A DNA stretch of 32,000 bases from Trichodesmium erythraeum IMS101 (GTDB lineage: Bacteria > Cyanobacteriota > Cyanobacteriia > Cyanobacteriales > Microcoleaceae): the NCBI RefSeq assembly GCF_000014265.1, contig NC_008312.1:420001-452000 (forward strand), given 5' to 3'. How positions within the stretch are numbered: position 1 is the first letter of the stretch; each line of letters opens with the position of its first letter. Shown here piece after piece: positions 8,293-18,027 of the stretch. Made by a program: the position numbers and the translations under genes. The notes under the pieces were generated by a model. That model searched no databases and was not told where the DNA came from. It saw nothing but the letters and a program-made list of their open reading frames with translations.

Positions 8293-9981
8293 TTAACCAT
8301 TAACTGATAACTGTGTATGACCATTAGGGTTATTAGCAGTCAAAGGTTCTGATTTCCCATAACCATAGGGTTCAGAAATAATTATAGGAAGTTCCTCAAA
8401 ATTCTCCACATCTGGTGGGGAAGAAATCATCCACTCTAAACCTATTGCTCGCCAAGGGTTAGCAGGTGCTTTTTTACCTTTGATCCAGGAACTAACCATA
8501 TTTAAAATGAATGGCAAAGTAGACATTCCTAACAAAAATGCTCCCAGACTTGCTAGCACATTCCATAATTCATATTGAGGTGCATAGGAAGAAACACGAC
8601 GCAACATTCCTTGCAAACCTAATGGGTGCATTGGTAAAAAGTTGAGGTTAGTGCCGATGAATGACAACCAAAAATGTAATTGCCCTAAACCTTCGTAATA
8701 CATTTTCCCAGTCATCTTAGGAAACCAATGATAAATGGCGGAATACATTCCCATAGTCACGGTGCCGTAGAGAACATAATGAAAATGACCGACGACAAAA
8801 TATGTATTGTTAACGTGAATATCTACAGGAACGGAAGAGAGCATAATGCCAGTAATACCAGCAAACACAAACATTACTAAACCGCCTAAAGAAAACAGCA
8901 TGGGAGTATTTAGTCGAATTTTTCCACCCCAAATAGTTGCTACCCAGGCAAACACTTTAATACCAGTTGGTACAGAAACGCACATAGTTGACAACATGAA
9001 AACCATCCGCATCCAAGGAGGTGTACCACTAGCATACATATGGTGTACCCAAACCAGACCACTTACTCCAGCAATGATCATGGATGAAATTACTACCACT
9101 TTGTAACCAAATAGGGGTTTACGACTATAGACTGGAAAAACTTCTGAGAAAATGCCGAATATAGGTAGGATGATAACGTAAACTGCAGGGTGGGAATAAA
9201 ACCAGAAAAAGTGTTGGAATAAAACTGGGTTCCCTCCATTAGCAGGGTTAAAAAATCCTGTTCCTACTGTAATGTCAAATAATAACATTACTGCGCCTGC
9301 TGTTAGTGCTGGCAGTCCGAATAATTGAATTATTTGGGCAGCAAATACTGTCCAAACAAAAGCTGGCATTCGGAAAAAAGTCATACCTGGAGATCGCATC
9401 CTCACAATAGTTGTGACAAAGTTGACCGCTCCCATAATGGAGGAAACCCCAGAAATTGCAACCGCAAGAATCCATATTACCTGACCAGTAATTATGCTAC
9501 CCGTAGGGTTTTGGATACTTACAGGAGGATATGACCACCAACCCGCTTGGGCTGGTCCACCAGGAGCAAAGAAACTAGCCATCATTAGGATACCGACTAC
9601 TGGCACCATCCAGAATGCAGCAGCATTTAAACGAGGGAATGCCATATCTCGCGCTCCGATCATTATGGGTACGAGATAGTTTGCCAGACCAACTAGGGAT
9701 GGAAAAGTCCACAAAAATAGCATTACTGTGCCGTGCATTGTGAACATTCCATTGTAAATGGTGCGGTCTACGAGGTCTGATTCTGGTGTCATTAGTTCCC
9801 CTCGTATCACCATGGCAAATATTCCACCGACAAGGAAAAAGAGAAAGGAGGTAACCAGGTATTGGATACCGATAACTTTATGGTCGGTGCTAAAACTGAA
9901 GTATCGTCGCCAGTTTGGTGGTTGTTCTGGTTCTGGTTTTTCTATGGCATCGCTGATGCTTTCGATTGTTATTTCTTTCAT
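8293..9981 (-). CDS. ctaD: Haem-copper oxidase subunit I (type A2, YS motif)
   Basis: This 562-aa protein has the canonical subunit I motifs: FWFYSHPAVYVIILP (CuB His/Tyr region with the YS...A substitution of type A2 enzymes), WVHHMY and VVGHFHYV. Confidence 0.95.
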   Translation of the reverse strand: MKEITIESISDAIEKPEPEQPPNWRRYFSFSTDHKVIGIQYLVTSFLFFLVGGIFAMVIRGELMTPESDLVDRTIYNGMFTMHGTVMLFLWTFPSLVGLANYLVPIMIGARDMAFPRLNAAAFWMVPVVGILMMASFFAPGGPAQAGWWSYPPVSIQNPTGSIITGQVIWILAVAISGVSSIMGAVNFVTTIVRMRSPGMTFFRMPAFVWTVFAAQIIQLFGLPALTAGAVMLLFDITVGTGFFNPANGGNPVLFQHFFWFYSHPAVYVIILPIFGIFSEVFPVYSRKPLFGYKVVVISSMIIAGVSGLVWVHHMYASGTPPWMRMVFMLSTMCVSVPTGIKVFAWVATIWGGKIRLNTPMLFSLGGLVMFVFAGITGIMLSSVPVDIHVNNTYFVVGHFHYVLYGTVTMGMYSAIYHWFPKMTGKMYYEGLGQLHFWLSFIGTNLNFLPMHPLGLQGMLRRVSSYAPQYELWNVLASLGAFLLGMSTLPFILNMVSSWIKGKKAPANPWRAIGLEWMISSPPDVENFEELPIIISEPYGYGKSEPLTANNPNGHTQLSVNG

Positions 9982-10085
9982 AGAAGATTCTTTTCCTTGA
10001 TTACAGGCTAGGGTTCAGTAATGTTTTTTTCGTTTGAAAAGAGTGAGGATATCTGAATTCGTTTTAACTTTAGTGAGCCTTATCC

Positions 10086-10994
10086 CTAACTATTATGATA
10101 ATTAACAATAGGAGGTGAAGCAGGTCTCACTGAAGGCCAACCTGGTTGCACAGGTGCTTCTAATTTTTGAATATATTCAGTATGTGCTTGATTTTTGGCA
10201 GGAGATAATTTATTATCCGTTACTTTTGCCAGCCAATTTTTGTAATCTTGAGCAGATTCAACAACTACATCTGCTGCCATTGTGGCAAAATAAGTACCGC
10301 TATATTGAGAATCAGTTAGACTATATTTGCCAACACGAACTGGAGTAAATTCAAAATCTATTGGATGGTTGGGAATAATATCTTGCTTCAGTCGAAACGC
10401 AGGAATATAAAACCCATGCAGCACATCTTCTGAATTTAACGCTACCCGCACACGCCGATCTACAGGTAAGTGCAGTTCGGTGCTAGTCACTCCATTTTCT
10501 GGATAACGAAATACCCAAGACCACTGTTTAGCATAGACTTGAATTTCTTCTACAGGTTCAGTTACAGGTTCTAATGGATCTGCATAAGCTGATTCCATTT
10601 CTAATGGTGTATGCAAATGCACTAATTCCATCGGTCCTTGAATAGCCATTTTTTCATAGACATTGTAGCTGTAAGCAGCAATCCAAAATACTAGAAAAAT
10701 TGGTATTGCTGTCCAAACAACTTCTAAGGTAACGTTACCCTCAATATGTGGCCCATCGCTGTAATCATATTTAGCAGCACGTTGGAAAAGAATTGAATAC
10801 ATTATAGTTCCAGTGACACCCAGAAATATGAAACTACCAAGAGTGACCAGAAAACTAAATAACTCATCAATTAACATAGATTCTGCTGCTGCTTGAGGAG
10901 GCAACCATGAGTAGGAGAGTTGCCCGATCCAAATACTAATAGCAGCTAACAAGAGAGCGATCGCCCCCAAGGTTAAAATAGTGCGGGTTTTCAT
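10086..10994 (-). CDS. ctaC: Haem-copper oxidase subunit II lacking the CuA ligands (ARTO / quinol-oxidase-like)
   Basis: It has two N-terminal TM helices and a cupredoxin-like C-terminal domain with DVLHGFYIPAF. Exactly 34 residues after that His, the canonical C-x-E-x-C-G-x2-H-x2-M motif reads D-S-Q-Y-S-G-T-Y-F-A-T-M (nt 10278-10418). Confidence 0.9.
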   Translation of the reverse strand: MKTRTILTLGAIALLLAAISIWIGQLSYSWLPPQAAAESMLIDELFSFLVTLGSFIFLGVTGTIMYSILFQRAAKYDYSDGPHIEGNVTLEVVWTAIPIFLVFWIAAYSYNVYEKMAIQGPMELVHLHTPLEMESAYADPLEPVTEPVEEIQVYAKQWSWVFRYPENGVTSTELHLPVDRRVRVALNSEDVLHGFYIPAFRLKQDIIPNHPIDFEFTPVRVGKYSLTDSQYSGTYFATMAADVVVESAQDYKNWLAKVTDNKLSPAKNQAHTEYIQKLEAPVQPGWPSVRPASPPIVNYHNS

Positions 10995-11012
10995 ATCAAT
11001 ATCCTACTAAGA

Positions 11013-11618
11013 TTATTTCAGGACAATATTAGGATCTTTGCCTAGTTCTAACAAGGCATCAGCAGTATTATGTACTCCAAACTCTGCTGCTAACTGTGCG
11101 CCCAAAGTACCATGAACGTACATAACAAAAAGGATTACTAAACCTACTGCTAAATAACTCCATTGTACTTGTAGGAGTTTATCCTGAGACCAAATATAAC
11201 GTTGAAATCCCCTCCAAATCGTCATACCTATAATCATTGCTAATAGCAACACACCGCCAATGCCATGCCATAACATTGTATCCATTGCTCCTAAACCCCA
11301 TACACTTTTAAGTTCAGGAGATGGTGTCGCTAGCATGATTTCATAAAATCCTGCTGCTACGGTGAAAAATGTGATAATTGATGAAGCTAACATATTGTAC
11401 CAACCTACATCAAAAAAGTTGGAACGAGTAGCAGATATCGCTAAAACTTTCAGGACTGGTTTTTGTAGAGGGAACAATATGCCAACAATATCAAAAGCAA
11501 TTCCCATAATAAACAGACCTAGAGTCAGATGAACTAAGTTTGGATGAATTGGGATAGCGTAAGGAAGCCCATTTGCCCCAACTTGGGCAGTCAAACTATC
11601 TATTAATTCTAGGTTCAT
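11013..11618 (-). CDS. Small polytopic membrane protein, DUF2231-like (paralogue 2)
   Basis: I prefer the ATG at 11618 (MNLELIDS...), which follows AAGGAGGG, over the upstream start in the ORF track. It shares the motif IHPxxVH-x(12-13)-D-I-(I/V)-G with the upstream ORF. There are four or more hydrophobic segments. The family assignment is from memory only. Confidence 0.7.
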   Translation of the reverse strand: MNLELIDSLTAQVGANGLPYAIPIHPNLVHLTLGLFIMGIAFDIVGILFPLQKPVLKVLAISATRSNFFDVGWYNMLASSIITFFTVAAGFYEIMLATPSPELKSVWGLGAMDTMLWHGIGGVLLLAMIIGMTIWRGFQRYIWSQDKLLQVQWSYLAVGLVILFVMYVHGTLGAQLAAEFGVHNTADALLELGKDPNIVLK

Positions 11619-12115
11619 TGTAAAATTCCCTCCTTTATTGCTTCCACTACTGGCACTGTGTGTAGTCCATAAACCCAAACTAATTCATCTCCCAAGTAAA
11701 CTTGAAGGCAGACTATTCCTACTAGTACTAATCCTAGTCCTAGATATGGCATCGGTAATTTTTCTGTGTTATTAGAACGAATCACATAACGCCAAGCAGT
11801 GAGAGCCGCGATAATTCCTGAGAGAGACCAACCAATTAATGTATGTAAGTTTAAGATAGGTTCAACCGCTTCGTAGGGTTGTGCCAGACCAGCTTCAAAC
11901 TGACCAAATATTATGGCAATAAAAATAGAAATGGTGGCGAAAAACATGTTCCACCAGCTAACTTCATATAAACGGAAATTACGAGTGAAATAACCAATAA
12001 TGTCACATAGTAACGCAAATAATACCATCGCAATTACGAAGTGGACAACGATGGGATGTATTGTATCTGGATAGGGTAAATTATGTTCGTTTAAAGGTGG
12101 TAGATACTCCCACAT
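11615..12115 (-). CDS. Small polytopic membrane protein, DUF2231-like (paralogue 1)
   Basis: This 166-aa protein begins IHPIVVHFVIAMVLFALLCDIIGYF. Its TGA overlaps the next gene's ATG (ATGA at 11615-11618). It is the first gene of the oxidase cluster. Confidence 0.7.
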   Translation of the reverse strand: MWEYLPPLNEHNLPYPDTIHPIVVHFVIAMVLFALLCDIIGYFTRNFRLYEVSWWNMFFATISIFIAIIFGQFEAGLAQPYEAVEPILNLHTLIGWSLSGIIAALTAWRYVIRSNNTEKLPMPYLGLGLVLVGIVCLQVYLGDELVWVYGLHTVPVVEAIKEGILQ

Positions 12116-13126
12116 AGTCTTCTCCTTAAGTAGATATAGATATGCGTGAAAAAAAATTAAACTTTACGAGTTGTTTCAGATAAATATTTTCATCAACTCT
12201 TGCTCATAACGTTCTAATTGCAATTTAAAAAAAATATCTATTTTTAACCGTATCAATACTCACAATTTTCTAAGAAAAATATTCCATTTTTTTTTGATAA
12301 AAGTTGAGAATTTATGTCTTTAAGGCGACTGAGTTTTTTGAATATTTTATGGTTTGCCAAGTTGCAACTAAACTATTTTCCCCCATGAAAATGGGTTTTG
12401 CTGTATACAACGTTGCTGTAGGATAGATATAGCTGGAGCACTTTCTCAGAATTTCATGATTGTGCAGCAAAACGCAAATTACTTCCACGGGAGGGGAGAG
12501 CAAATGTTTATTTGATAACTTTTAGGTTTACCATTCTCTATCGTGAGGTTTAGTATGGGGTATTAAATGAATAATTTCACTGCAAGATTTGTCAAACAAT
12601 TGTTTTCTCAACTTCCCCCTAAATAAAGCGAAGAAGTCTGTCAATTGTAGTTTATGATAGAGAACTATATGGTAGCCACTTTGACTCTTCTGCATATTCC
12701 CTCCACAGATGCCAATGGGTCTCAGGTTTTCACCTGTTAAATCGGGAATCACTCTACAGTTGCCATATTGTCATTTACCCCCATTTGTTGGTGGAGGAAT
12801 TATTGTTTTACTAGTTGTTTAATTAAAATTAAAGACTTCTCTATAATACTGTCACTAAATTTACAGAAAAATTTAAATTTATTGGTAAGAAAAGTATTGG
12901 TATTGAAAACTTTTTTTTAGCTGTATCAATTTAGTAGGATTAGTTTTAATGAAGAGATAAAATTCATAAAACCTAAAAAAAATTCATACATATAAAAGTA
13001 TTCTATCAACAAAATTTAAGAAGAAACTTACTAAAGGATGCAAAAGTAATATTCCTCTAGGGCGTTACTAAAATAACCTGTGGAACTAGTAGGCGAGTAA
13101 GTGTTAATAGTAAAAAAAAGGTCCTT

Positions 13127-13154
13127 TAACTACTAACGACTAACTACTAACTAC
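13127..13154. repeat. STRR-like heptanucleotide tandem repeat (TAACTAC x4, one variant)
   Basis: The units read TAACTAC TAACGAC TAACTAC TAACTAC, followed by a degenerate TAAATTA. Confidence 0.7.
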
Positions 13155-13169
13155 TAAATTAAGAACTAT

Positions 13170-13198
13170 CAGGAATTAGGAATATTACCTAACTCCTG
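13170..13198 (-). terminator. Possible terminator hairpin downstream of the hydrolase gene
   Basis: An 11-bp stem with one mismatch (CAGGAATTAGG / CCTAACTCCTG) encloses a 7-nt loop, about 10 nt after the stop codon. The trailing sequence on the minus strand is only moderately T-rich. Confidence 0.3.
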
Positions 13199-13207
13199 AG
13201 GATAAAA

Positions 13208-14281
13208 TTAGACAGCAACTTCAGTCCTTGATGTTACTGTTTCATTTTGTTTAATCCATTCAAAAACTCGATTCCATGCCCACCAAATATCAGGATCTTG
13301 GGCAAGCTTTTGACATGATTTGTTGCTAATATGAGCTACATGACCACCGTAACGAGTTAAAATCAAATCAATAGCAGAATTATTTTGACAAATAGTTTTT
13401 AATTCTGGCACAATTGTTGGGTCAAATAGTGGATCATCTTCCGCATAAATAATCAATGTTTTTTTCTGAAGATGAGGCAAAAAATATAAAGGACTTGTTG
13501 CTTTATAATAAGCTTCTACTGATGAGAATCCTAAGCTTTTGATAATAAATTCTGCATCAAATTTCCAGATAGAGTTAGCCCGTTCTATTGCCTCTATATC
13601 TATAAAATCTGGATGATAATCGTGAATTAACCAAGCTAATTTTTTGAGGTTTTTAGTAATTCCTTTATCTAAGCGTTTTCCTAGAGGAAAACTATTTAAA
13701 TAAGAGAGAGAACGTTGAGCTTCTAGACTGGGACAAATAACTGCACAACCACCAATATCTGTTTCTGCTAATCCTAATTCTGGAGCCAGACTTTCTGCTA
13801 CTTTAGCACCCCAAAGTGTTAGTTGTCCTCCCAAAGAATATCCAGTAAACCAAAAATTAGGTGGACAACCCATTGCTTTTGCTTGAGCAGCAATATGAAC
13901 AAAATCTTGCCCTTCATAAATACCGTCTGAAGTTAGAGTTGGTGATAGTAATGCTGTCTTACCGTGGGCACGCCAATCAAATAAAACAACGGCATAACCT
14001 TGAGCATAGGCTTTTCGTCCCAATAGCTTTAAGAACCATTGATTATCTAAATCTCCTGTAATTCCATAAGTCCCAATAATTGTACCTTTTGGGTTTTCTG
14101 GGATAGCCATCCACCCAAAAATTGGTACATCATTTGCACCAATAAAAATTATATCTTGGTAAGAAAGCTTAGAAAATTTAATAGTCTCTTCCCAAAAACG
14201 GGGTATCCAAAACGTTGCATAGAGAGTCATTGCTAAACCGTTTTTTAAGAACCACGGAGGGGAATAAGAAGGATTACCCAT
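13208..14281 (-). CDS. Alpha/beta-fold hydrolase, YheT/ABHD1-3-like
   Basis: The nucleophile elbow is GYSLGG, with later AEDDPLFD and GGHVAH as Asp and His triad candidates. The N-terminal PPWFLKNG is typical of this subfamily. Confidence 0.8.
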   Translation of the reverse strand: MGNPSYSPPWFLKNGLAMTLYATFWIPRFWEETIKFSKLSYQDIIFIGANDVPIFGWMAIPENPKGTIIGTYGITGDLDNQWFLKLLGRKAYAQGYAVVLFDWRAHGKTALLSPTLTSDGIYEGQDFVHIAAQAKAMGCPPNFWFTGYSLGGQLTLWGAKVAESLAPELGLAETDIGGCAVICPSLEAQRSLSYLNSFPLGKRLDKGITKNLKKLAWLIHDYHPDFIDIEAIERANSIWKFDAEFIIKSLGFSSVEAYYKATSPLYFLPHLQKKTLIIYAEDDPLFDPTIVPELKTICQNNSAIDLILTRYGGHVAHISNKSCQKLAQDPDIWWAWNRVFEWIKQNETVTSRTEVAV

Positions 14282-14457
14282 AGATGAATCTTAATCTCAT
14301 AAAACTTAAATTTGTTAATCTGAAAGTATATCAGTATGGTAATCAAATTACAGTAGATTCTAAGTATATAAAGTGTAAATCTTAAAAAAGATGTCTACCG
14401 ATCAGGCCTGGTTTAAATAAACCTTTGTTGAGTAGGCCTATTGCTGGGGATAACTCT

Positions 14458-15672
14458 TTACAAGTAATTTAACCACCACTTACCTCGGTGCTTTTTCTTA
14501 TACTTAGCAAACCTCTCACAAATAATATATAAGATAACAGTCATTAACAACCAAATTAGATAAACAATTGGTAAATCATACCCAAATGCTTTAGGTTTCC
14601 AACTAATGCCTAATTGGGAGAAAGTAAAAGGTGTTATACCATATCTAGACAAAGCAAATAAAATAGCAGTTATATGAATTAACCAAAAGTGGATGACATA
14701 GAAAAATAATGGTTGCTGACCTAAGATAATTAATGGCTTAAAATAACGTATTTCTGATTTTTCTAAAAAATAAAGTAATAGAATTGCCAAACCAAGTGTT
14801 ATTAATAAATATAGCAAAGAAGGTGGATATTTATGACAGTTTATAAAGGATAGTAAGGTATAAAAAAATCTAGACTGAATTAACCAAGGATTGGGGTCAC
14901 CATAACTATTAATTACTCGAATAATAATAAAAGTAACAATCATACTTAAACTTATTTTTCTTAATAGCTGAAGTCGCCGATTTTTTTCAATTTCTAACAG
15001 TGTTCCAAAAGCATAACCTACTGCCATGACTCCGATCCAAGGAATCAGAGGGTAAAGGATAAATAAGCGAAACCCGGAAGTTAGTTCCAGAATTTTCCTT
15101 TCGTGAAGTATTGCCCAAACCCAACCAATATTTCCTAGTTGTTCTGCTTGTACATGATCGAAAAAATTATGTCCGACTATCATCAAAATTCCGATCGCTG
15201 CAATTGTACGAGTAGGAAGATAAATTACTGCTGCCAAGAAAACCATCGACTAACCGATCGCCCATAAGACTCCGGCCACAAAAAAATTGTCCCTCAGGTT
15301 AAAACTCCAGCTAAAAGTTACTACTGTTAAATCTAGGAACACTAACCACAGTCCTCGGAGCAACAAAAACCGACAAAGTTTTGGCTTGCTTTTGCCACGT
15401 TTGAGAGAAAGATAAGCTCCTATTCCTGCTAGAAAAATAAATGTAGGGGCGCAAATATGAGTCACCCACCGGGTTAGAAATAAAGGAATGTTTGACTGGG
15501 TAAGATCTAAGGGGTTAAAGTCAGCATTAGAGAAAAAAAATCGTACATGATCTAAGGTCATCAACACCATCACGACTCCAGGCAAAATGTCAATTGATAT
15601 TACTCGTGGAATGGGACTTTGATTTTGATTTTTAGATCCCAAGATGAATTGGTTTGTATTAGGTGTTTCCAT
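14458..15672 (-). pseudogene. DUF1624-type (heparan-alpha-glucosaminide N-acetyltransferase-like) membrane protein interrupted by one in-frame TAG
   Basis: ORFs 15250..15672 and 14458..15246 are in the same frame. Read through, the junction is ...VLWAIG-TAG-S-MVFLAAV... with the TAG at 15250-15252. The N-terminal RVISIDILPGVVMVLMTLDHV matches the family signature. The combined length of about 404 aa is typical. Confidence 0.7.
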
Positions 15673-16167
15673 TAGCTTAAGTGTTATTCAAATTAGAACA
15701 GGTAAAAAAACAAAGTGGTCATAAGGAAGCCAAACAAATAGACCTCTCCAAAATACTGATTTTGGAAAAGTCCGATAAAGGTTTCAGAGCCTTTTGATGT
15801 CGAGCTCTAATATTAACGGATGTAAACCAATAGCCTGAATACATAGATAGTGTATGTTAGAACACAGAAACATCTAAGATATCATATTAACTTTATATTT
15901 AAAAGTTCAACGAAAATTCAATATGCCAATGTGCCATTATTTCATCCTGTTCACATAGCATATGCTTATAATTGTCACAATATTTTCATACTCCCCAGAG
16001 CTCCAAATTATATAATAGTTATTTATATAATGTATTCAACCAGATTTGATCTTAAAAGGTGGGGCGAGGCACCCCAATGATTTTGATCAAGTTTTACATA
16101 AGTTTTATGAAGTGACAGTTATCAACTAAAATCTAAATAAGCAACTTATTCTAAAAAGGAGAAACAA

Positions 16168-17337
16168 ATGGCTAAAAATTTGCTAGAACAACTACGAAAA
16201 GTAACCATTGTAGTTGCTGATACAGGCGATATTCAAGCAATTGAAAAATTTCAGCCACGGGATGCAACTACTAATCCCTCATTAATTACTGCTGCTGCTC
16301 AGATGCCACAATATCAAGAAATTGTGGATGAAACTTTGAAAACAGCAAGGCAAGAATTGGGAACAGATGCAACCGCTTCTGATGTGGCAAATTTAGCATT
16401 TAAGAGATTGGCAGTTGCTTTTGGACTCAAGATTTTACAAATTGTTCCTGGGCGGGTATCCACAGAGGTTGATGCAAGACTATCCTATGATACAGAGGCA
16501 ACAATAGCTCAAGGAAGAGATTTAATTGCTCAATATGAAGAGGCTGGGGTTTCACGTGATCGTATCTTGATTAAGATTGCTTCTACTTGGGAAGGGATCA
16601 AAGCAGCAGAAGTGCTGGAAAAAGAAGGTATTCACTGCAACTTAACTCTACTGTTTGGTTTGCATCAGGCTATCGCTTGTGCTGAAGCTGGTGCGACTTT
16701 AATTTCTCCTTTTGTGGGAAGAATTTTAGACTGGTACAAAAAAGAAACTGGACGAGATTCTTATCCCCCAGCAGAAGACCCTGGTGTCTTATCTGTAACT
16801 AAGGTCTACAACTACTACAAAAAGTTTGGTTACAAGACCGAAGTTATGGGAGCTAGCTTCCGTAATACAGGAGAAATTACGGAATTAGCGGGTTGTGATT
16901 TATTGACTATTTCACCAGGGCTATTGGGTGAGTTAGAGTCAACAATAGGTGAGTTACCTACTAAACTTTCTGATGAGAAAGCTGCTCAGTCTGATGCAGA
17001 AAAAATTCTCATGGATAAAGAAACTTTTGATCAGATGCACGCTGAAGATCGGATGGCATCTCAAAAGTTAGATGAAGGTATTAAAGGTTTTTCCAAAGCA
17101 TTAGAATCATTGGAAAAACTATTAGCAGAGCGGTTGACTCGCCTAGAAGGAGTCACCCATGCAGCAGAAGATATTTTCTATATCTATGACCTAGATGGTG
17201 ATGGTTTTATTACTCGCGAAGAGTGGGCAGGAAGTGATGCTGTATTTGATGCTCTCGATATCAATAAAGATGGAAAAATTTCTCCAGCAGAAATGGCATC
17301 TGGTTTGGGAGCAGTGTTTGAATTAGCTAAGGTTTAG
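16168..17337 (+). CDS. tal: Transaldolase with a C-terminal EF-hand pair
   Basis: TalB-type motifs are present: VVADTGD, TTNPSL and the Schiff-base Lys context [11 protein letters not shown]. The C-terminal extension of about 60 aa holds two canonical 12-residue Ca-binding loops, [12 protein letters not shown] (17188-17223) and [12 protein letters not shown] (17257-17292). An AAGGAGA ribosome-binding site precedes the ATG. Confidence 0.92.
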   Translation: MAKNLLEQLRKVTIVVADTGDIQAIEKFQPRDATTNPSLITAAAQMPQYQEIVDETLKTARQELGTDATASDVANLAFKRLAVAFGLKILQIVPGRVSTEVDARLSYDTEATIAQGRDLIAQYEEAGVSRDRILIKIASTWEGIKAAEVLEKEGIHCNLTLLFGLHQAIACAEAGATLISPFVGRILDWYKKETGRDSYPPAEDPGVLSVTKVYNYYKKFGYKTEVMGASFRNTGEITELAGCDLLTISPGLLGELESTIGELPTKLSDEKAAQSDAEKILMDKETFDQMHAEDRMASQKLDEGIKGFSKALESLEKLLAERLTRLEGVTHAAEDIFYIYDLDGDGFITREEWAGSDAVFDALDINKDGKISPAEMASGLGAVFELAKV

Positions 17338-17885
17338 TTCTTAATTAGCTATCAGCTTTTAGCCATTTAGGATTCCAAGTGTTCAATGGTTGACAGCGGT
17401 TTTAATGTAGCTAGACCACAGCAGGGAGCCATGGAGCGTCCCAGAGCGGGTGAGCATTTTTTTTTAATGTTCGCAAGCTGAAAACTCTTACAGCAGTTTT
17501 CAAATTATTGAAAGACGACCGTTTCAAGATAAAATATAGCAATTCCTATATTAGTGAGGTACGATTTTGTGCCTCATTATTTATGGGAATTGTTATAGAA
17601 TAAGATGAGTTGTAATCATCTCCCTTTGAAAAATAGAGTTTCACTCTGTGTAATTTCTCAATTGAATAAACTCTATATCCAAAAGTAAAATAACTCTAAT
17701 AGATATCTCCAAAATTTAAAATTAGAGAAAGTTAGGCTTAGTTAGACTAAATAATTTGCTAGTTTATATTAATATAAATTCTCAAAAATTGAGATAGAAA
17801 ATAATCAGAAAAAGTAGAATAAATATTTATATTAGTAACACAAAGTATCTCTGAGTATCTCTGATACTTATAAAACCTTACAACT

Positions 17886-17938
17886 TAACTATCTTGATTA
17901 GTGGCGATCGCTCGACTCAAGATAGTTAGGATAGTCGT
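17886..17938. repeat. Hairpin with a 12-bp stem and HIP1 in the loop
   Basis: TAACTATCTTGA (17886-17897) pairs with TCAAGATAGTTA (17927-17938). The 29-nt loop contains GGCGATCGCT. Confidence 0.5.
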
Positions 17939-18027
17939 TTGAGTACTTTTGGAGATGTCTAATTATAATCATTATTCATACCAACAGAAATAAACTTTTT
18001 AGTTATAAACTAGGGTCAGAAAACTAT

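Noticed and set aside
8846-10000. Plus-strand ORFs antisense to ctaD (8846..9106, 9325..9534, 9494..9679, 9758..10000) and the nested minus-strand ORF 9275..9475
   Set aside because: They lie fully inside a very confidently called subunit I gene. Their products have no recognisable features.
12130-12143. NtcA-like site GTA-N8-TAT upstream of the oxidase operon
   Set aside because: It lies only 15-28 nt from the first ATG, inside the likely 5' UTR or RBS region. NtcA activation needs a site near -41.5 of a promoter. The right half-site is TAT rather than TAC. I found no better GTA-N8-TAC site by eye in 12116-12400.
12312-12752. Minus-strand ORFs 12312..12503 and 12528..12752 as genes or transposase relics
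   Set aside because: They show no motif I can recognise, no ribosome-binding site and odd composition. They could be relics of a decayed gene, but I cannot support a call.
15850-16080. ORF of 76 aa upstream of tal
   Set aside because: This is an AT-rich promoter region, and the product is low-complexity with no start context. It is most likely spurious.
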